Assembly: GCA_946618065.1 (NCBI GenBank)
Contig: CAMOKV010000020.1
Location: 1 to 23,028 of the forward strand
DNA length: 23,028 nt
Source of the DNA: an uncultured Sutterella sp.
GTDB taxonomy: Bacteria; Pseudomonadota; Gammaproteobacteria; Burkholderiales; Burkholderiaceae_F
Direction of reading: 5' to 3'
The translations under genes and the position numbers were made by a program. Shown here in pieces: positions 1 to 10,045 of this stretch (within the stretch, counting starts at the first letter, position 1; every line of letters begins with the position of its first letter). Under the pieces are notes generated by a model. That model was given only the letters and a program-made list of their open reading frames with translations. It made no database searches and was not told the DNA's origin.

Positions 1-106
1 GCATGAACACGAGCGCATATTCGCGCTCACCAACGGTATAAAGGCAAAGCTTTGCGATCCCTACAACGACAAGGGCAAGGATCACCAATGCATTCATCTT
101 TCTCAT
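1..106 (-). CDS. hflC: HflC protease modulator, N-terminal fragment; gene continues beyond the left edge
   Basis: Reverse-complement of 1-106 translates as MRKMNALVILALVVVGIAKLCLYTVGEREYALVF with ATG at 106-104. This is a typical HflC N-terminus (signal-anchor followed by GERxxxxRFG-like SPFH start). It lies 18 nt downstream of the hflK stop, matching the hflK-hflC order. Confidence 0.8.
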   Translation of the reverse strand, partial: MRKMNALVILALVVVGIAKLCLYTVGEREYALVFM

Positions 107-124
107 GTTGTCCTCTCCCCTGCT

Positions 125-1546
125 TTAGCGCGTACGGTTGCGAAGAAGCTCGCGCGGATCAATCGATTCGACGCTCGGACTCTTCGAGACGCTTGCCGCT
201 GCTCCGGCCTGAGAGGCCTGGGCAGCGGACTCCTTCACGGCGGCCGCGGCATCGGCAGACGTCCCCGACACAAGCTTGTCAAGCGGCAGATACAGCAGAT
301 TGCTGCCGTTGCCTGCATCGACAAAGATCTTGCGCGTGCTGGAGAGGATCTCACCCATCGCATCGATGTACATGCGATCGCGCGTGACGCGCGGAGCCTG
401 CTCGTACTGGGCAAGCACCCGGGAGAAGCGCTCGGCATCGCCCTTGGCGGTCTCAACGACCCTCGCCTTGTAGCCCTCGGCCTCCTGCTTCAGGCGTGAC
501 GCCTTACCCTTGGCGATCGGCACCACGGCATTCTGGTAGGCCTGGCCTTCGTTGATCTGGCGCTCCCGGTCCTGACCAGCCTTGACGGCGTCGTTGAAGG
601 CGGCCTGCACCTGCTCGGGCGGCTGGGCATTCTGGATGGCAACGCTCATCACATCGATGCCTGTCTGATAGCGGTCAAGCATGCTCTGCATGATCTGCCG
701 CACATCACGGGCGATCTCCTGCTTGCTCTCAAAGAGCACCGAGTCCATCGCCTTGCGTCCCACCACTTCACGCATGGCGCTTTCGGCCGCCTGCCGCACG
801 GATTCGTCCGGCGCGCGCGTTCTGAACAGGTAATCCTTGGCAAAGCCCGTCTTGATTCGGTACTGCACGTTGAACTGAACATCCACGATATTCTCGTCAT
901 CGGTCAGCATCAGCGCTTCCTTCAGGCGCTGCGCTCCGCCATAAATACCGATCTCAGCCTTGCGAACGCTCGAGATATCGACGATCTCAACATCCTGGAT
1001 CGGCCAGGGCATGCGCCAGCTAAAGCCGGCAGAAGCGTCCCGAGTGTACTTGCCAAACGTCGTAACCACGCCGATCTGGCCTTCGGGAACAATGTAAAAG
1101 CCGCTTGCAGCCCAGGCAAGCACACCAAGCACCACGGCTCCGATGATGCCCTTCACGGGAGAGCCGCCAAGAGGCAGCGGATAGCCGCGCCGCTCCTCGA
1201 TACGCCCCGGAGTCTCTGGCGGCTCGGAACCGCCTCCCTGCCAAGGACGCTCCTCGGGCTCCTCGGGCTGCTCGGGCTGCTCGAAACTCTGCCGCTCGCG
1301 CGCGCCGTTCTGCTGACCGCTCCGGCCTCCGTTCAGGAGTCCCTGGATCGTCTTGTTGAATTCATTCCAAAGTTCATCAAGATCCGAGCCCTTCGGATCG
1401 GAACGCCGCTCACCGCGGTTCTCTTTCTCGGGCTGTTCGGTATTCTGCGGCGGCTGGGCGCTGTCGTTCTGCACCGGATCCTCCCGCCCGGACTGCTTGG
1501 AGTCCTCCGACGGGCCGCGTCCCCAATGCGGGTCATTCAAAGGCAT
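125..1546 (-). CDS. hflK: HflK, SPFH/band-7 modulator of FtsH protease
   Basis: 473-aa ORF with ATG at 1546-1544 and TAA at 127-125. It has a Gly/Gln/Pro-rich N-terminus, a TM segment (IIGAVVLGVLAWAASGFYIV) and an SPFH core. It is collinear with E. coli HflK over the whole length, including the conserved TRERLYIE-like TRDRMYID. Position hfq-hflX-hflK-hflC. Confidence 0.92.
   Translation of the reverse strand: MPLNDPHWGRGPSEDSKQSGREDPVQNDSAQPPQNTEQPEKENRGERRSDPKGSDLDELWNEFNKTIQGLLNGGRSGQQNGARERQSFEQPEQPEEPEERPWQGGGSEPPETPGRIEERRGYPLPLGGSPVKGIIGAVVLGVLAWAASGFYIVPEGQIGVVTTFGKYTRDASAGFSWRMPWPIQDVEIVDISSVRKAEIGIYGGAQRLKEALMLTDDENIVDVQFNVQYRIKTGFAKDYLFRTRAPDESVRQAAESAMREVVGRKAMDSVLFESKQEIARDVRQIMQSMLDRYQTGIDVMSVAIQNAQPPEQVQAAFNDAVKAGQDRERQINEGQAYQNAVVPIAKGKASRLKQEAEGYKARVVETAKGDAERFSRVLAQYEQAPRVTRDRMYIDAMGEILSSTRKIFVDAGNGSNLLYLPLDKLVSGTSADAAAAVKESAAQASQAGAAASVSKSPSVESIDPRELLRNRTR
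1252..1278 (-). repeat. Three tandem copies of a 9-bp unit inside hflK, with a degenerate fourth copy to 1287. Encodes the (E-Q/E-P)n tract EQPEQPEEPEE.
   Basis: The sequence reads cctcgggct / cctcgggct / gctcgggct / gctcgaaac directly. The unit length is a multiple of 3, so copy-number change would keep the frame. Confidence 0.5.
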
Positions 1547-1680
1547 GTGTCTGTCCCCAATCGTGTTTTAAATCCAATTAATTATCCGTTCGTGGTCAGA
1601 AAAGTCTTTCGGCCTTCGGACCAAATGTTTTGCGAGTGTACCAAGAGAACAGGACGTGTGCGCCCGTGCTCTCCACAAGC

Positions 1681-2901
1681 TCAGATCATCGCTTCGAGAT
1701 CGCGGAGCGCCTGCTCGTCACTCACGCTTTGCCGTTCGGCTTCAAGCTCCCATGGCTCGAGATCCCGCGGAGCCCTTGCCTTTTGCTCGACAATCTCGCC
1801 AGCTGCCTCATCCAGAGCCGCTCTGAGCGCATCGAGCCCTTCCCCGGTCACGGCGCTCACGGAAACGGACTTCACCCGTCCGTCAGGATGCCGAAGCGTC
1901 TGCTGCGGCAGTCCCGAGGCATCGATTTTGTTGAGCACCATGATGACCGGAATGTCATCGGCATGGATCTGTGCAAGAACTGCGTTCACGGAGGCTATCT
2001 GCTCATCTCTTGCCGCCGAACTCGAATCCACGACATGCAGCAGGATGTCCGCATGAACAGTTTCATCGAGCGTGGACTTGAAGGCCTCGACAAGCTGTGT
2101 CGGAAGCCCGCGGATGAACCCTACGGTGTCCGAGAGCACGACCGTCCGGCCGTCCCGCACCCAGCACTTGCGCGCCGTCGTATCGAGTGTGGCAAAGAGC
2201 TGATCGGCCGCATAGATCTCCGAGCGGGTGAGCGCGTTAAAAAGCGTGCTCTTGCCGGCATTGGTGTAGCCCACCAGGGACACCGTGACCGCCTCGCCCG
2301 CTTCTCTCGCCTTCCTCTGGGTATTTCGCTGCCTCTGCAGCTTTTTAAGCTGCTCGCGCAGCATCTTGACCCGCTTGCCGATCATGCGCCGGTCAAGCTC
2401 GATCTGCTTTTCACCGGGGCCGCCGGTCTTGCCAAGGCCGCCTCTCTGGCGCTCAAGGTGCGTCCAGCCACGCACAAGCCGCGTCGCAAGATGCTCGAGC
2501 CTTGCCAGTTCCACCTGCAGCCGCCCTTCACGGCTCTTGGCGCGCCTCTGAAAGATCTGCAGGATGAGTTCCGTGCGATCCATTACGGCCAGTTCGCTCG
2601 CCTGAGCAATATTGCGCTCCTGCGCAGCCGAAAGCGCCGCATCGAACACGATCACATCAGCGCCCGAAGCCTTTGCGAGCCCCGCGATTTCCTCGATCTT
2701 TCCGCTTCCAAGATAAGTCGCGGGATCGGGCTTGTCCCTTCTCGCACTCATCAGCCCGACCGGTTCCATGTTGTCGGATCGGACCAGTTCGCTTAGCTCC
2801 TCGCCCGCATCAAAGGGCTGGGAGCGTCCCATGCAGACCGTGACAAGAAATGCGCGGGTGGGCTCGGCCTCCCGCGCACTGTCAAACTGAAATTTGGTCA
2901 A
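1681..2901 (-). CDS. hflX: HflX ribosome-associated GTPase
   Basis: 406-aa ORF with G1 motif GYTNAGKST, DTVGF and NKID motifs, and an N-terminal HflX domain matching E. coli HflX (LQVELAxLxHLATRLVRGWTHLERQ). The only in-frame start that keeps the conserved N-terminus is TTG at 2901-2899, 3 nt after the hfq TAG. Start is uncertain; stop TGA at 1683-1681. Confidence 0.88.
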   Translation of the reverse strand: MTKFQFDSAREAEPTRAFLVTVCMGRSQPFDAGEELSELVRSDNMEPVGLMSARRDKPDPATYLGSGKIEEIAGLAKASGADVIVFDAALSAAQERNIAQASELAVMDRTELILQIFQRRAKSREGRLQVELARLEHLATRLVRGWTHLERQRGGLGKTGGPGEKQIELDRRMIGKRVKMLREQLKKLQRQRNTQRKAREAGEAVTVSLVGYTNAGKSTLFNALTRSEIYAADQLFATLDTTARKCWVRDGRTVVLSDTVGFIRGLPTQLVEAFKSTLDETVHADILLHVVDSSSAARDEQIASVNAVLAQIHADDIPVIMVLNKIDASGLPQQTLRHPDGRVKSVSVSAVTGEGLDALRAALDEAAGEIVEQKARAPRDLEPWELEAERQSVSDEQALRDLEAMI

Positions 2902-2904
2902 ATC

Positions 2905-3150
2905 CTACTCGTCCTGATCAACAAGATTCGGCAGATTGACCGCTCGAGTCGGAACGACCGTGCTGATGGCGTGCTTGTACACCATCTGGGTCACCGTGTT
3001 TCTGAGAAGAACAACATATTGGTCGAAGGACTCAACCTGCCCCTGCAACTTGATGCCGTTCACCAAATAGATGGAAACGGGAATGTGATCCTTGCGCAGT
3101 GCGTTCAGAAACGGATCTTGTAACAGCTGTCCTTTGTTCGTGCCTGCCAT
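2905..3150 (-). CDS. hfq: RNA chaperone Hfq (81 aa)
   Basis: ATG at 3150-3148 gives [67 protein letters not shown], the canonical Sm1/Sm2 Hfq sequence. GGAG lies about 10 nt upstream. The ORF-track 108-aa version adds a spurious N-terminal extension. Confidence 0.93.
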   Translation of the reverse strand: MAGTNKGQLLQDPFLNALRKDHIPVSIYLVNGIKLQGQVESFDQYVVLLRNTVTQMVYKHAISTVVPTRAVNLPNLVDQDE

Positions 3151-3331
3151 TTTTATTATTCTCCAAATCACTAGAAACCTGAGCCGCAAAACCGTGCGCT
3201 CAAGGCCACTTTTTTCCAATCGGCGGATCAATTCGTAGGAAAATCAATTGACACCGCCACACCAGGACCTTGTCCGGCCTGCCAATGATAAAGCAAATCT
3301 GTACGCCGACAATCCGGCAAACCGCCTAGAT

Positions 3332-4687
3332 TCAGCGCTTGTCCTCTCCATCTGCATACGGATTCTTGTTCGTTCGGAACTCAACCCTCAGAGGGGTGCC
3401 CGCCAGATCGAACGTATCGCGGAACACGCCCTCAAGATAGCGCTTGTAACTGTCCGAGACCGCCTGCAGGCTGTTGCCATGAATCACGATTACAGGCGGA
3501 TTCATTCCGCCCTGGTGCGCATAGCGAAGCTTCGGTCGAAGTCTGCCGCTTCTTGCGGGCTGCTGCTGCTCGACTGCCGCCATCATGGCGCGCGTAAGCT
3601 TGGGGGTCGAGAGCTTGGCAAAGCTTGCGGCATGCGCATCCCTCACGGCCTTCATCAGATGATTGAGGCCGTTTCTCTTCAGTGCCGAGATATGAATGAA
3701 CCGCGCCCACTTGAGGAAGTGGAACTTGGTCTCAAGATCGTTGTCGACGAGCTTTCTCTTGTAGCTGTCCACGCCGTCCCACTTATTGATTGCAACCACC
3801 AGGGCCCGGCCAGACTCAAGAGCGAACCCGGCAATGTGTGCATCATGCGTGCTGATGCCGTCGACGGCATCAAGAACAAGGATCACGACGTTGCTCTGCT
3901 CGATCGCCTGAAGCGTCTTGATGACCGAAAACTTCTCGATCGCTTCAAAAACCTTGCCCTTCTTGCGAAGGCCCGCCGTATCGATTAGCCGGAAAGGCTG
4001 CCCATCCACTTCAAAGTCGACCTTGATTGCGTCGCGCGTCGTGCCCGGCATGTCGAACGCGATAACCCGGTCCTCGCCAATGAGTGCGTTGATGAGCGTG
4101 CTCTTGCCGACATTGGGGCGGCCTGCCACAGCCACCTTGATCCGTTGCGGAGCGTCTTCGGAAGCACCCTCGGCCTGCTCCTCGCCATCTTCGTCATCAG
4201 GCAGCTCGCCCAGCACCAGATCCATGAGCGCGGCAACGCCCTGACCGTGCGCTGCCGACACGCGAATCGGCTCCCCCATGCCAAGCTCGTGGAACTCGGC
4301 CACATGCACGTCCGAGAGACCCTCGCACTTATTGACTACGAGATAGCAGGGACGCCCGACGACGCGCAGATGGCGCGCGATGCGCTCATCCTGGGGCGTG
4401 AGCCCGGAGCGGGCATCACAGATGAAGAGCACGACATCGGCTTCGGCAATCGCCGCCTCAGCCTGTCCTGCCATTTCATGGACAATCCCCTCGGTCTTGA
4501 TCGGCTCAAAGCCGCCGGTATCCACGACGATGTAGGGACGATCCCCGACGCGGCCCTCGCCGTACTGACGGTCACGCGTCAAGCCGGGGAAATCCGCCAC
4601 AAGTGCATCCCGACTTCTTGTCAGACGGTTAAAGAGCGTTGACTTGCCGACATTCGGACGGCCAACGAGAGCGATGACAGGAAGCAT
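3332..4687 (-). CDS. der: Der/EngA, double-GTPase ribosome assembly factor
   Basis: 451 aa starting [23 protein letters not shown]. Two G domains (GRPNVGKST at about residue 9 and again at about residue 188) and a C-terminal KH-like domain. ATG at 4687-4685. Confidence 0.95.
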   Translation of the reverse strand: MLPVIALVGRPNVGKSTLFNRLTRSRDALVADFPGLTRDRQYGEGRVGDRPYIVVDTGGFEPIKTEGIVHEMAGQAEAAIAEADVVLFICDARSGLTPQDERIARHLRVVGRPCYLVVNKCEGLSDVHVAEFHELGMGEPIRVSAAHGQGVAALMDLVLGELPDDEDGEEQAEGASEDAPQRIKVAVAGRPNVGKSTLINALIGEDRVIAFDMPGTTRDAIKVDFEVDGQPFRLIDTAGLRKKGKVFEAIEKFSVIKTLQAIEQSNVVILVLDAVDGISTHDAHIAGFALESGRALVVAINKWDGVDSYKRKLVDNDLETKFHFLKWARFIHISALKRNGLNHLMKAVRDAHAASFAKLSTPKLTRAMMAAVEQQQPARSGRLRPKLRYAHQGGMNPPVIVIHGNSLQAVSDSYKRYLEGVFRDTFDLAGTPLRVEFRTNKNPYADGEDKR

Positions 4688-4709
4688 TCCTCAGGAACCC
4701 CTCTTTAAA

Positions 4710-5837
4710 TTAGCGGACGGTCCTGACGAGCACGAGCTCGCCGTCCTTGGTCTGGAACAGGGCACCGTCCTGCATCGGGATCGGTGCGGCGATCACCTGA
4801 TCGGAAATGCTTCTTCGGCCGATGATCTCACCCGTGCTGCTGTCCATCACATGGATCTCGCCGTCAAAGTCGGCAACGGCAACCAGTCCGACACCGATGA
4901 CAACAGGAGCGCTCGGAGAGCGCCAGCGCAGATCCTCATTCGTCCACACGGGGTTGCCCGTCGTATAGTCAAAGGCCTTGATATTTCCGTTCGAGGTCGA
5001 GACGAACACCGTCACGCCGTCGGAAACCGGACCGGAAACGGCATCAGCGGGCTGATGCCAGAGCGTGCGTCCGTTCTGGCTGCTCATGCACAGCACATTG
5101 CCCTGGAAGGCGGCCGCACACATCATGTTCTGATCAACGTAGGGCGTTCCGACCACATCGCAAAGGCGCTCCACCTCGGTGATGCCGTGCGCCTGTGCGA
5201 TCACGGCGTCAAACACCTGACGGCCGTCGGGCCCCAGGGCGAGCAGTTTGCCGTTGGACTGGCCGACTAGCACGCCGGCGGGAGAGAACCGCATTTTCGA
5301 AGCGACGCGCACCGTCAGAGACGGAACCTGAGACTGGTAACGCCACTTGCGCTCCCCGCTCGCAGCGTCATAGGCACTGATCCGGGTATCGTCCGTTCGC
5401 ACGATGATGAAGCCAGAGCCCACAAGCGGCGGCACAGTAGCCGCACTCGAAAGCTTGGTCCGCCAGAGCTCCTTGCCCTGGCCGTCAAAGACCTCAAGTT
5501 CGCCACGTGCATTGACGATCGCGACATAGTTGCCGTCGCTGCCTACGCCAGCGCTCACTTCAGCTTGCGCCTTGGCTCGCCAGATCTTGTCGCCAGTGCG
5601 CGGATCGATCTTGAAAACCTCGTCATCGCCGGCAGCAAAGATTCCCGCCTCAGTCACCACAGGCGTGAGCATTCCGTTGATGCTCTCGCCAAGGCTAGTC
5701 GACCACACGCGCTCGATGCGCACCAACTCGTTGATCTTCTTAAGATCCACGGGTTCGCGCGTCGTTGAACTGCAACCGGAAAGAATCAGCGTGGCGGCTG
5801 CAGCGGCAGCGAGGACAAAGCGCTCAAATGTTCTCAT
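4710..5837 (-). CDS. bamB: BamB outer-membrane assembly lipoprotein (PQQ beta-propeller)
   Basis: 375 aa with a lipoprotein signal and lipobox LILSGC. Repeated G-x-V/L-x-A-x-D-x-x-x-G-x-x-x-W propeller blades. Sits between yfgM and der as in E. coli. Confidence 0.85.
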   Translation of the reverse strand: MRTFERFVLAAAAAATLILSGCSSTTREPVDLKKINELVRIERVWSTSLGESINGMLTPVVTEAGIFAAGDDEVFKIDPRTGDKIWRAKAQAEVSAGVGSDGNYVAIVNARGELEVFDGQGKELWRTKLSSAATVPPLVGSGFIIVRTDDTRISAYDAASGERKWRYQSQVPSLTVRVASKMRFSPAGVLVGQSNGKLLALGPDGRQVFDAVIAQAHGITEVERLCDVVGTPYVDQNMMCAAAFQGNVLCMSSQNGRTLWHQPADAVSGPVSDGVTVFVSTSNGNIKAFDYTTGNPVWTNEDLRWRSPSAPVVIGVGLVAVADFDGEIHVMDSSTGEIIGRRSISDQVIAAPIPMQDGALFQTKDGELVLVRTVR

Positions 5838-5867
5838 AATGCTTTCCTGTATGAATTGTTCGGGACA

Positions 5868-6509
5868 CTACTTAGCCACTTCAGGCAGGGAGGCGAGCTT
5901 CAGGCTGACAAGAGCGCTGATCGCCTGAACGTTTCCATCCGCGCGAAGCGCCGCGTTCCAGGCATCCCTTGCCTTGGCCTGTTCGCCCAGGGCAAAGTAC
6001 ACATCGCCCAGCCGATCCTGATACGAAGCCTGCTGCCCAGGCAGCACCTTGGCACCCTGCAGCACCGCCAGAGCCTTCTTGGCATCCTTGGCATCAAGTT
6101 CAACGCCGGCAAGACGAATACGCGCAATCGTGGCGTACTCTTCATGCCCGCCCTTGTCCAGCACCCAGTTGAGCGCGGCGCGCGCATCCTCGAGCTTGCC
6201 AGCCTTCTGAGCCTCAGAAGCCTTGAGCATGGCGGCAAGAGAGGCAAACACATGCCGCGGATACTCGTTCATGAGGCCGTCGGCAAGCGACTTCATGTTC
6301 TTCTGATCACCCTGTGCATAGGCAGTCTGAAGCTGCACGTAGGCAGCGGTAGCCTTGGCGCCCTGATTGCGCTTGTACCAGTTCCAGCCGTTCCAGCCGG
6401 CGAATGCAAGACAACCGCAGGTGATCACGGTCATCGTGAGATTACCCCACTTGTCCCACCAAGCCTTCAGTTGTTCCAGTGATTCTTGTTCTTCAAGATC
6501 GTATGCCAT
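5868..6509 (-). CDS. YfgM-like tetratricopeptide membrane protein (ancillary SecYEG/periplasmic chaperone family)
   Basis: 213 aa with one N-terminal TM helix (LTMTVITCGCLAFAGWNGW) followed by an alpha-helical TPR-like periplasmic domain. Conserved position between hisS and bamB. Confidence 0.75.
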   Translation of the reverse strand: MAYDLEEQESLEQLKAWWDKWGNLTMTVITCGCLAFAGWNGWNWYKRNQGAKATAAYVQLQTAYAQGDQKNMKSLADGLMNEYPRHVFASLAAMLKASEAQKAGKLEDARAALNWVLDKGGHEEYATIARIRLAGVELDAKDAKKALAVLQGAKVLPGQQASYQDRLGDVYFALGEQAKARDAWNAALRADGNVQAISALVSLKLASLPEVAK

Positions 6510-6536
6510 TGTTGTTCTTTCTTCCTAAATTGGTCA

Positions 6537-7814
6537 TCAGGCACAAAGGGTGTTCTTCACGGCATCAAGGGCAACCAGAGCCTGCTCCTCAAAAAGCTGC
6601 TCGCCCGACGCACCCCTCAGATGCTTCACGGTCACCTGCCCGGCCGCAAGTTCGCTTTCGCCAGCGATCAGACACCACTTGGCGCCCGAAGCATCCGCCC
6701 GCTTCATCTGGTTCTTCATCGACAGGGATCCGGCATGCAGAATCACGTTGAGCCCGGCATCCCGAAGCTGCTCGGAAAGCGCACGGGCCTTCAGTTCGGT
6801 TTCTCCGCCGAAATGCGCGATGTACACATCGCAGTCCGGACGCGTCACCTCTCCGCTTGTCTCGCGGATCAGTTCAATCACGCGCTCGGCTCCCATGGCA
6901 AAGCCCACACCAGGAGTCGGCCTGCCTCCCAGCATCTCGATGAGCGGATCATAACGGCCTCCGCCGCAGATCGTTCCCTGAGCTCCGAGCTTGTCGGTGA
7001 TCCACTCGAACACTGTGTTGTTGTAGTAGTCAAGGCCGCGCACAAGTCTCGGATTGATCGTGTAGTCGATTCCGAGGGCGTTCACGCCCTGCTCAAGACG
7101 ACGCAGGAACTCGAGGGACTTCTCTCCGAGATAGTCCAGAAGCCTCGGAGCGGCATTCACCATCTGCTGCATGTCCGGATTCTTGGTGTCCAGGATGCGC
7201 AGCGGATTGGTATGCAGGCGTCTTTTGGCTTCTTCGTCGAGAACATCCATGTTGTCCTCGAAATAGGCGATGAGCGCCTCGCGGTGCTTGACGCGCTCCT
7301 CGAGAAGGCCAAGGCTATTCAACTCAAGCCGCGCCGAGATGCCAAGTTCCTTCCAGAGCCTGGCAAGCATTCCGAGCATGTCAATGTCAATGTCCGGACC
7401 GGCAAACCCGAGCGCCTCGCAACCGAACTGATAGAACTGGCGGTAGCGCCCCCGCTGGGGCCGCTCGTGGCGGAACATGGGTCCGAAGTACCAGAGGCGC
7501 TGCGGAGCGTTGTACGTCAGGTTGTGCTCGATCGCGGCACGCACCACGGCACTCGTGTTCTCAGGACGCAACGTCAGCTTCTCGCCGTTCATGCTGTCCT
7601 CGAAGGAATACATCTCCTTTTCGACGATGTCGGTTACTTCACCGATGCCGCGGCAGAACAGCGCGGTCGACTCCACAATCGGAGTTCTAATCTGCCTGAA
7701 ACCATAGCGGGTCGCCACCTCTCTTGCGGCATCCTCAAATTTTTCCCACATTGCGCTCTGCTCGGGCAACATATCGTTCATGCCCTTGATCGCGAGAATC
7801 TTGTTTTTTGCCAT
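6537..7814 (-). CDS. hisS: Histidyl-tRNA synthetase
   Basis: 425 aa with class II aaRS motifs and HisRS signatures (GMNDMLP..., FRHERPQRGRYRQFYQ, GGGRYD), plus a C-terminal anticodon-binding domain. ATG at 7814-7812. Confidence 0.95.
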   Translation of the reverse strand: MAKNKILAIKGMNDMLPEQSAMWEKFEDAAREVATRYGFRQIRTPIVESTALFCRGIGEVTDIVEKEMYSFEDSMNGEKLTLRPENTSAVVRAAIEHNLTYNAPQRLWYFGPMFRHERPQRGRYRQFYQFGCEALGFAGPDIDIDMLGMLARLWKELGISARLELNSLGLLEERVKHREALIAYFEDNMDVLDEEAKRRLHTNPLRILDTKNPDMQQMVNAAPRLLDYLGEKSLEFLRRLEQGVNALGIDYTINPRLVRGLDYYNNTVFEWITDKLGAQGTICGGGRYDPLIEMLGGRPTPGVGFAMGAERVIELIRETSGEVTRPDCDVYIAHFGGETELKARALSEQLRDAGLNVILHAGSLSMKNQMKRADASGAKWCLIAGESELAAGQVTVKHLRGASGEQLFEEQALVALDAVKNTLCA

Positions 7815-7816
7815 AC

Positions 7817-9064
7817 CTAACTTTCTTCGGTTTTCTTCTGCCAGCGCTCACGCACGTAGGACTCGATCATGGACTGAAACTGTCCGCTCATCGACTCGCC
7901 CTTCAGTGAGGCCGCCTTTTTCCCATTAATGAACACCGGAGCGACGGGAGACTCCCCTCGCCCGGGCAAACTGATTCCAATATCGGCCGCTGAACTTTCC
8001 CCGGGACCGTTCACAACGCACCCCATCACAGCCACCTTCATCGCTTCGCACCCAGGGCATTGCTCGCGCCACTCGGGCATGCGTGAACGAAGGAATTCCT
8101 GCGTCTGCTGAGCAAGGTTCTGGAAAAGATCACTGCTTGTCCTGCCGCAACCGGGGCAGGAAACAACCACCGGAGCAAACGCCCTGAGTCCCATGGTCTG
8201 CAGGAGCTCCTGAGCAACAATCACCTCGGCCTGACGGCTTTTACCTGGCTCCGGAGTGATCGAAATCCGAATCGTGTCGCCAATGCCTTCGGCAAGCAGA
8301 ACGGCCAGTGCAGCCGAACTCGCCACAATCCCCTTGCTACCGATGCCTGCCTCGGTCAATCCGAGGTGCAGAGCCCAGTCTCCGCTGAGGGCGAGCTGCC
8401 GATAGACGCTCACGAGCTCCTGCACGTCGCTCACCTTCGCAGACAGCACGATTCTGTCGGCTCCAAGCCCAAGTTGCTCGGCCTGCTGCGCGCTCTGAAC
8501 GGCACTTTGGACAATCGCATCAAGAAGCACTTCTCGCGGCTCCTTGGGGCAGGAACTCTCACGGTTACCGTCCATCATCGCCGCAAGCAGCTCCTTGTCG
8601 AGGCTGCCGCCGTTCACACCGATCCGCACGGGTTTGTCGAGCCGTGCGGCGAGTTCGATCATCGTGGCAAAGTTATTCTCATGCGAGGCTCCTTTGCCGA
8701 CATTGCCCGGGTTGATGCGAAACTTCGAAAGAGCCTTCGCACACGCAGGTTCATCAACCAGAAGTTTGTGCCCGTTGTAATGGAAGTCACCCACGAGAGG
8801 AACAAAGCATCCCGCTTCGTCAAGCTTTTCACGGATGTGCGGAACGGCCCTTGCTGCTGCCGGCGTATTGACAGTCAGCCGCACCAGTTCGCTGCCAGCT
8901 CTAGCTAGTTCAAGCACCTGCGCAACGGTCTCACCGATGTCCTCGGTGGCCGTGTTTGTCATCGACTGAACGACAACGGGGGCGCCGCCCCCGATGCTCA
9001 CCCGGCAGCACTCGTGCTGAACCACGACCTGCCGGGAAACGCGACGATCCTTAAAAACGGACAT
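7817..9064 (-). CDS. ispG: IspG/GcpE, 4-hydroxy-3-methylbut-2-enyl diphosphate synthase
   Basis: 415 aa with an N-terminal TIM-barrel segment ([22 protein letters not shown]) and a C-terminal [4Fe-4S] domain with CPGCGRTS...C. The stop is 2 nt from the hisS start. Confidence 0.95.
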   Translation of the reverse strand: MSVFKDRRVSRQVVVQHECCRVSIGGGAPVVVQSMTNTATEDIGETVAQVLELARAGSELVRLTVNTPAAARAVPHIREKLDEAGCFVPLVGDFHYNGHKLLVDEPACAKALSKFRINPGNVGKGASHENNFATMIELAARLDKPVRIGVNGGSLDKELLAAMMDGNRESSCPKEPREVLLDAIVQSAVQSAQQAEQLGLGADRIVLSAKVSDVQELVSVYRQLALSGDWALHLGLTEAGIGSKGIVASSAALAVLLAEGIGDTIRISITPEPGKSRQAEVIVAQELLQTMGLRAFAPVVVSCPGCGRTSSDLFQNLAQQTQEFLRSRMPEWREQCPGCEAMKVAVMGCVVNGPGESSAADIGISLPGRGESPVAPVFINGKKAASLKGESMSGQFQSMIESYVRERWQKKTEES

Positions 9065-9082
9065 GTCTGCGTTTGCTCCCGA

Positions 9083-10045
9083 TCAATACATCCTGAAGCG
9101 CACGGTCTTGTCACGCGGAGAAATGAAGCGCTTGTAGTCGAACAACACGTCGTTGAGTTCGACTTCCACTTCCTCGGAGTTGCCGAGAATGACGCGCAGC
9201 GGCTTGATGCCGCGGATCGATCGCGTCGTGCCGGCGGGAACCTCCTGCTCGAACACCGTGCTGTCATCGCCGATGCGGGAAACGCGCACCCAACAGTCCT
9301 GCTTGACGCTCAGGCGGATTCTCACCTCCTTGCGATCGCTCTGGGGAGCGGCAACCTTGTTGTCATCGGGGCGGAATGCAATACCCGGAATATTTTCCTG
9401 AGCCTTGACGACAACAGGTTCAGGCCTGGCGGGCGTGGCGGGAACAGGAGCAAGTGCAGGCTGCGCGTTGTGCCGCACGACGGCAGTCTGCTGCGTCTTG
9501 GCTGCAGCCGCCGGGGCAGACTTGGTCACTTCCTTTTTCACCTCTTCAACCTGAGCGATCGGTCGGGAGGGAACGGGATCATCCCCCATCAGCCCCTTGA
9601 GCATATCCTGACTGACAATCGCCCAAATACCGGCGGCAATAGCGCTGACCAGAATAAGGATCCCAAGAAGACGCCACCAAGGCGAGGGACTCTTGTCCTG
9701 GAACACCTGTTCGGAGGAATAGGCAACCTCGGGAATCTGGTGAGAGCCAAGAGCAAAGGAATCCCCATAGCGACGGTTGAAATCCTCAACGAGCGGCGCA
9801 GGATCGATCCCCAGGGACTTTGCGTAGGAACGGATGAATCCGCGGACATACACAGGCTCGGGAAGTTCCTCAAAATTTTCAGACTCAAGAGCCCGCAACT
9901 GTTTCACCGACATCCGAATGCGTCCCACCATGTCGCCCACGGACAGTCCCTGTGCTTCACGAGCCGCAACCAGCTGGGCGCCAAAACCATTGGCCGGATT
10001 ACGCTCTTCCTGCACGACGACCTCTTCCTGTTTGTTCTCAGTCAT
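9083..10045 (-). CDS. rodZ: RodZ-like cytoskeleton protein (HTH_XRE, TM, Pro/Ala-rich linker, C-terminal DUF4115-like domain)
   Basis: 320 aa with an N-terminal HTH ([34 protein letters not shown]), a single TM helix ([21 protein letters not shown]), a PA-rich spacer and a C-terminal beta domain. Located between rlmN and ispG as in E. coli. Confidence 0.8.
   Translation of the reverse strand: MTENKQEEVVVQEERNPANGFGAQLVAAREAQGLSVGDMVGRIRMSVKQLRALESENFEELPEPVYVRGFIRSYAKSLGIDPAPLVEDFNRRYGDSFALGSHQIPEVAYSSEQVFQDKSPSPWWRLLGILILVSAIAAGIWAIVSQDMLKGLMGDDPVPSRPIAQVEEVKKEVTKSAPAAAAKTQQTAVVRHNAQPALAPVPATPARPEPVVVKAQENIPGIAFRPDDNKVAAPQSDRKEVRIRLSVKQDCWVRVSRIGDDSTVFEQEVPAGTTRSIRGIKPLRVILGNSEEVEVELNDVLFDYKRFISPRDKTVRFRMY

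Noticed and set aside
1547-1680. Possible terminator hairpin in the hflX-hflK spacer (…ggtcagaaaagtctttcggccttcggacc…)
   Set aside because: No clean inverted repeat of 5 bp or more could be drawn. The region is more likely an AT-rich promoter or UTR for hflK.
1630-2796. 388-aa plus-strand ORF
   Set aside because: It is fully antisense to hflX, whose protein is unmistakable. The translation is Arg/Ser/Pro/His-rich junk, as is typical of the non-coding frames of high-GC genes.
3151-3231. N-terminal extension giving a 108-aa Hfq
   Set aside because: Hfq proteins start MAxxxKGQxLQDPFLN. The ATG at 3150 has a GGAG upstream, and the extension has no homology.
3151-3331. Consensus TTGACA hexamer (plus strand) in the der-hfq spacer
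   Set aside because: There is no plus-strand gene to drive. On the coding (minus) strand I could not pair a -35 and -10 at proper spacing, so no promoter call is made for hfq.
6486-7820. 444-aa plus-strand ORF
   Set aside because: Antisense to hisS with low-complexity R/S/P-rich composition. The same applies to the plus-strand ORFs at 3248-3988, 9014-10231, 9834-11708, 12870-13535 and 14517-15122, which are antisense to der, rodZ, rlmN, rlmD and surE.
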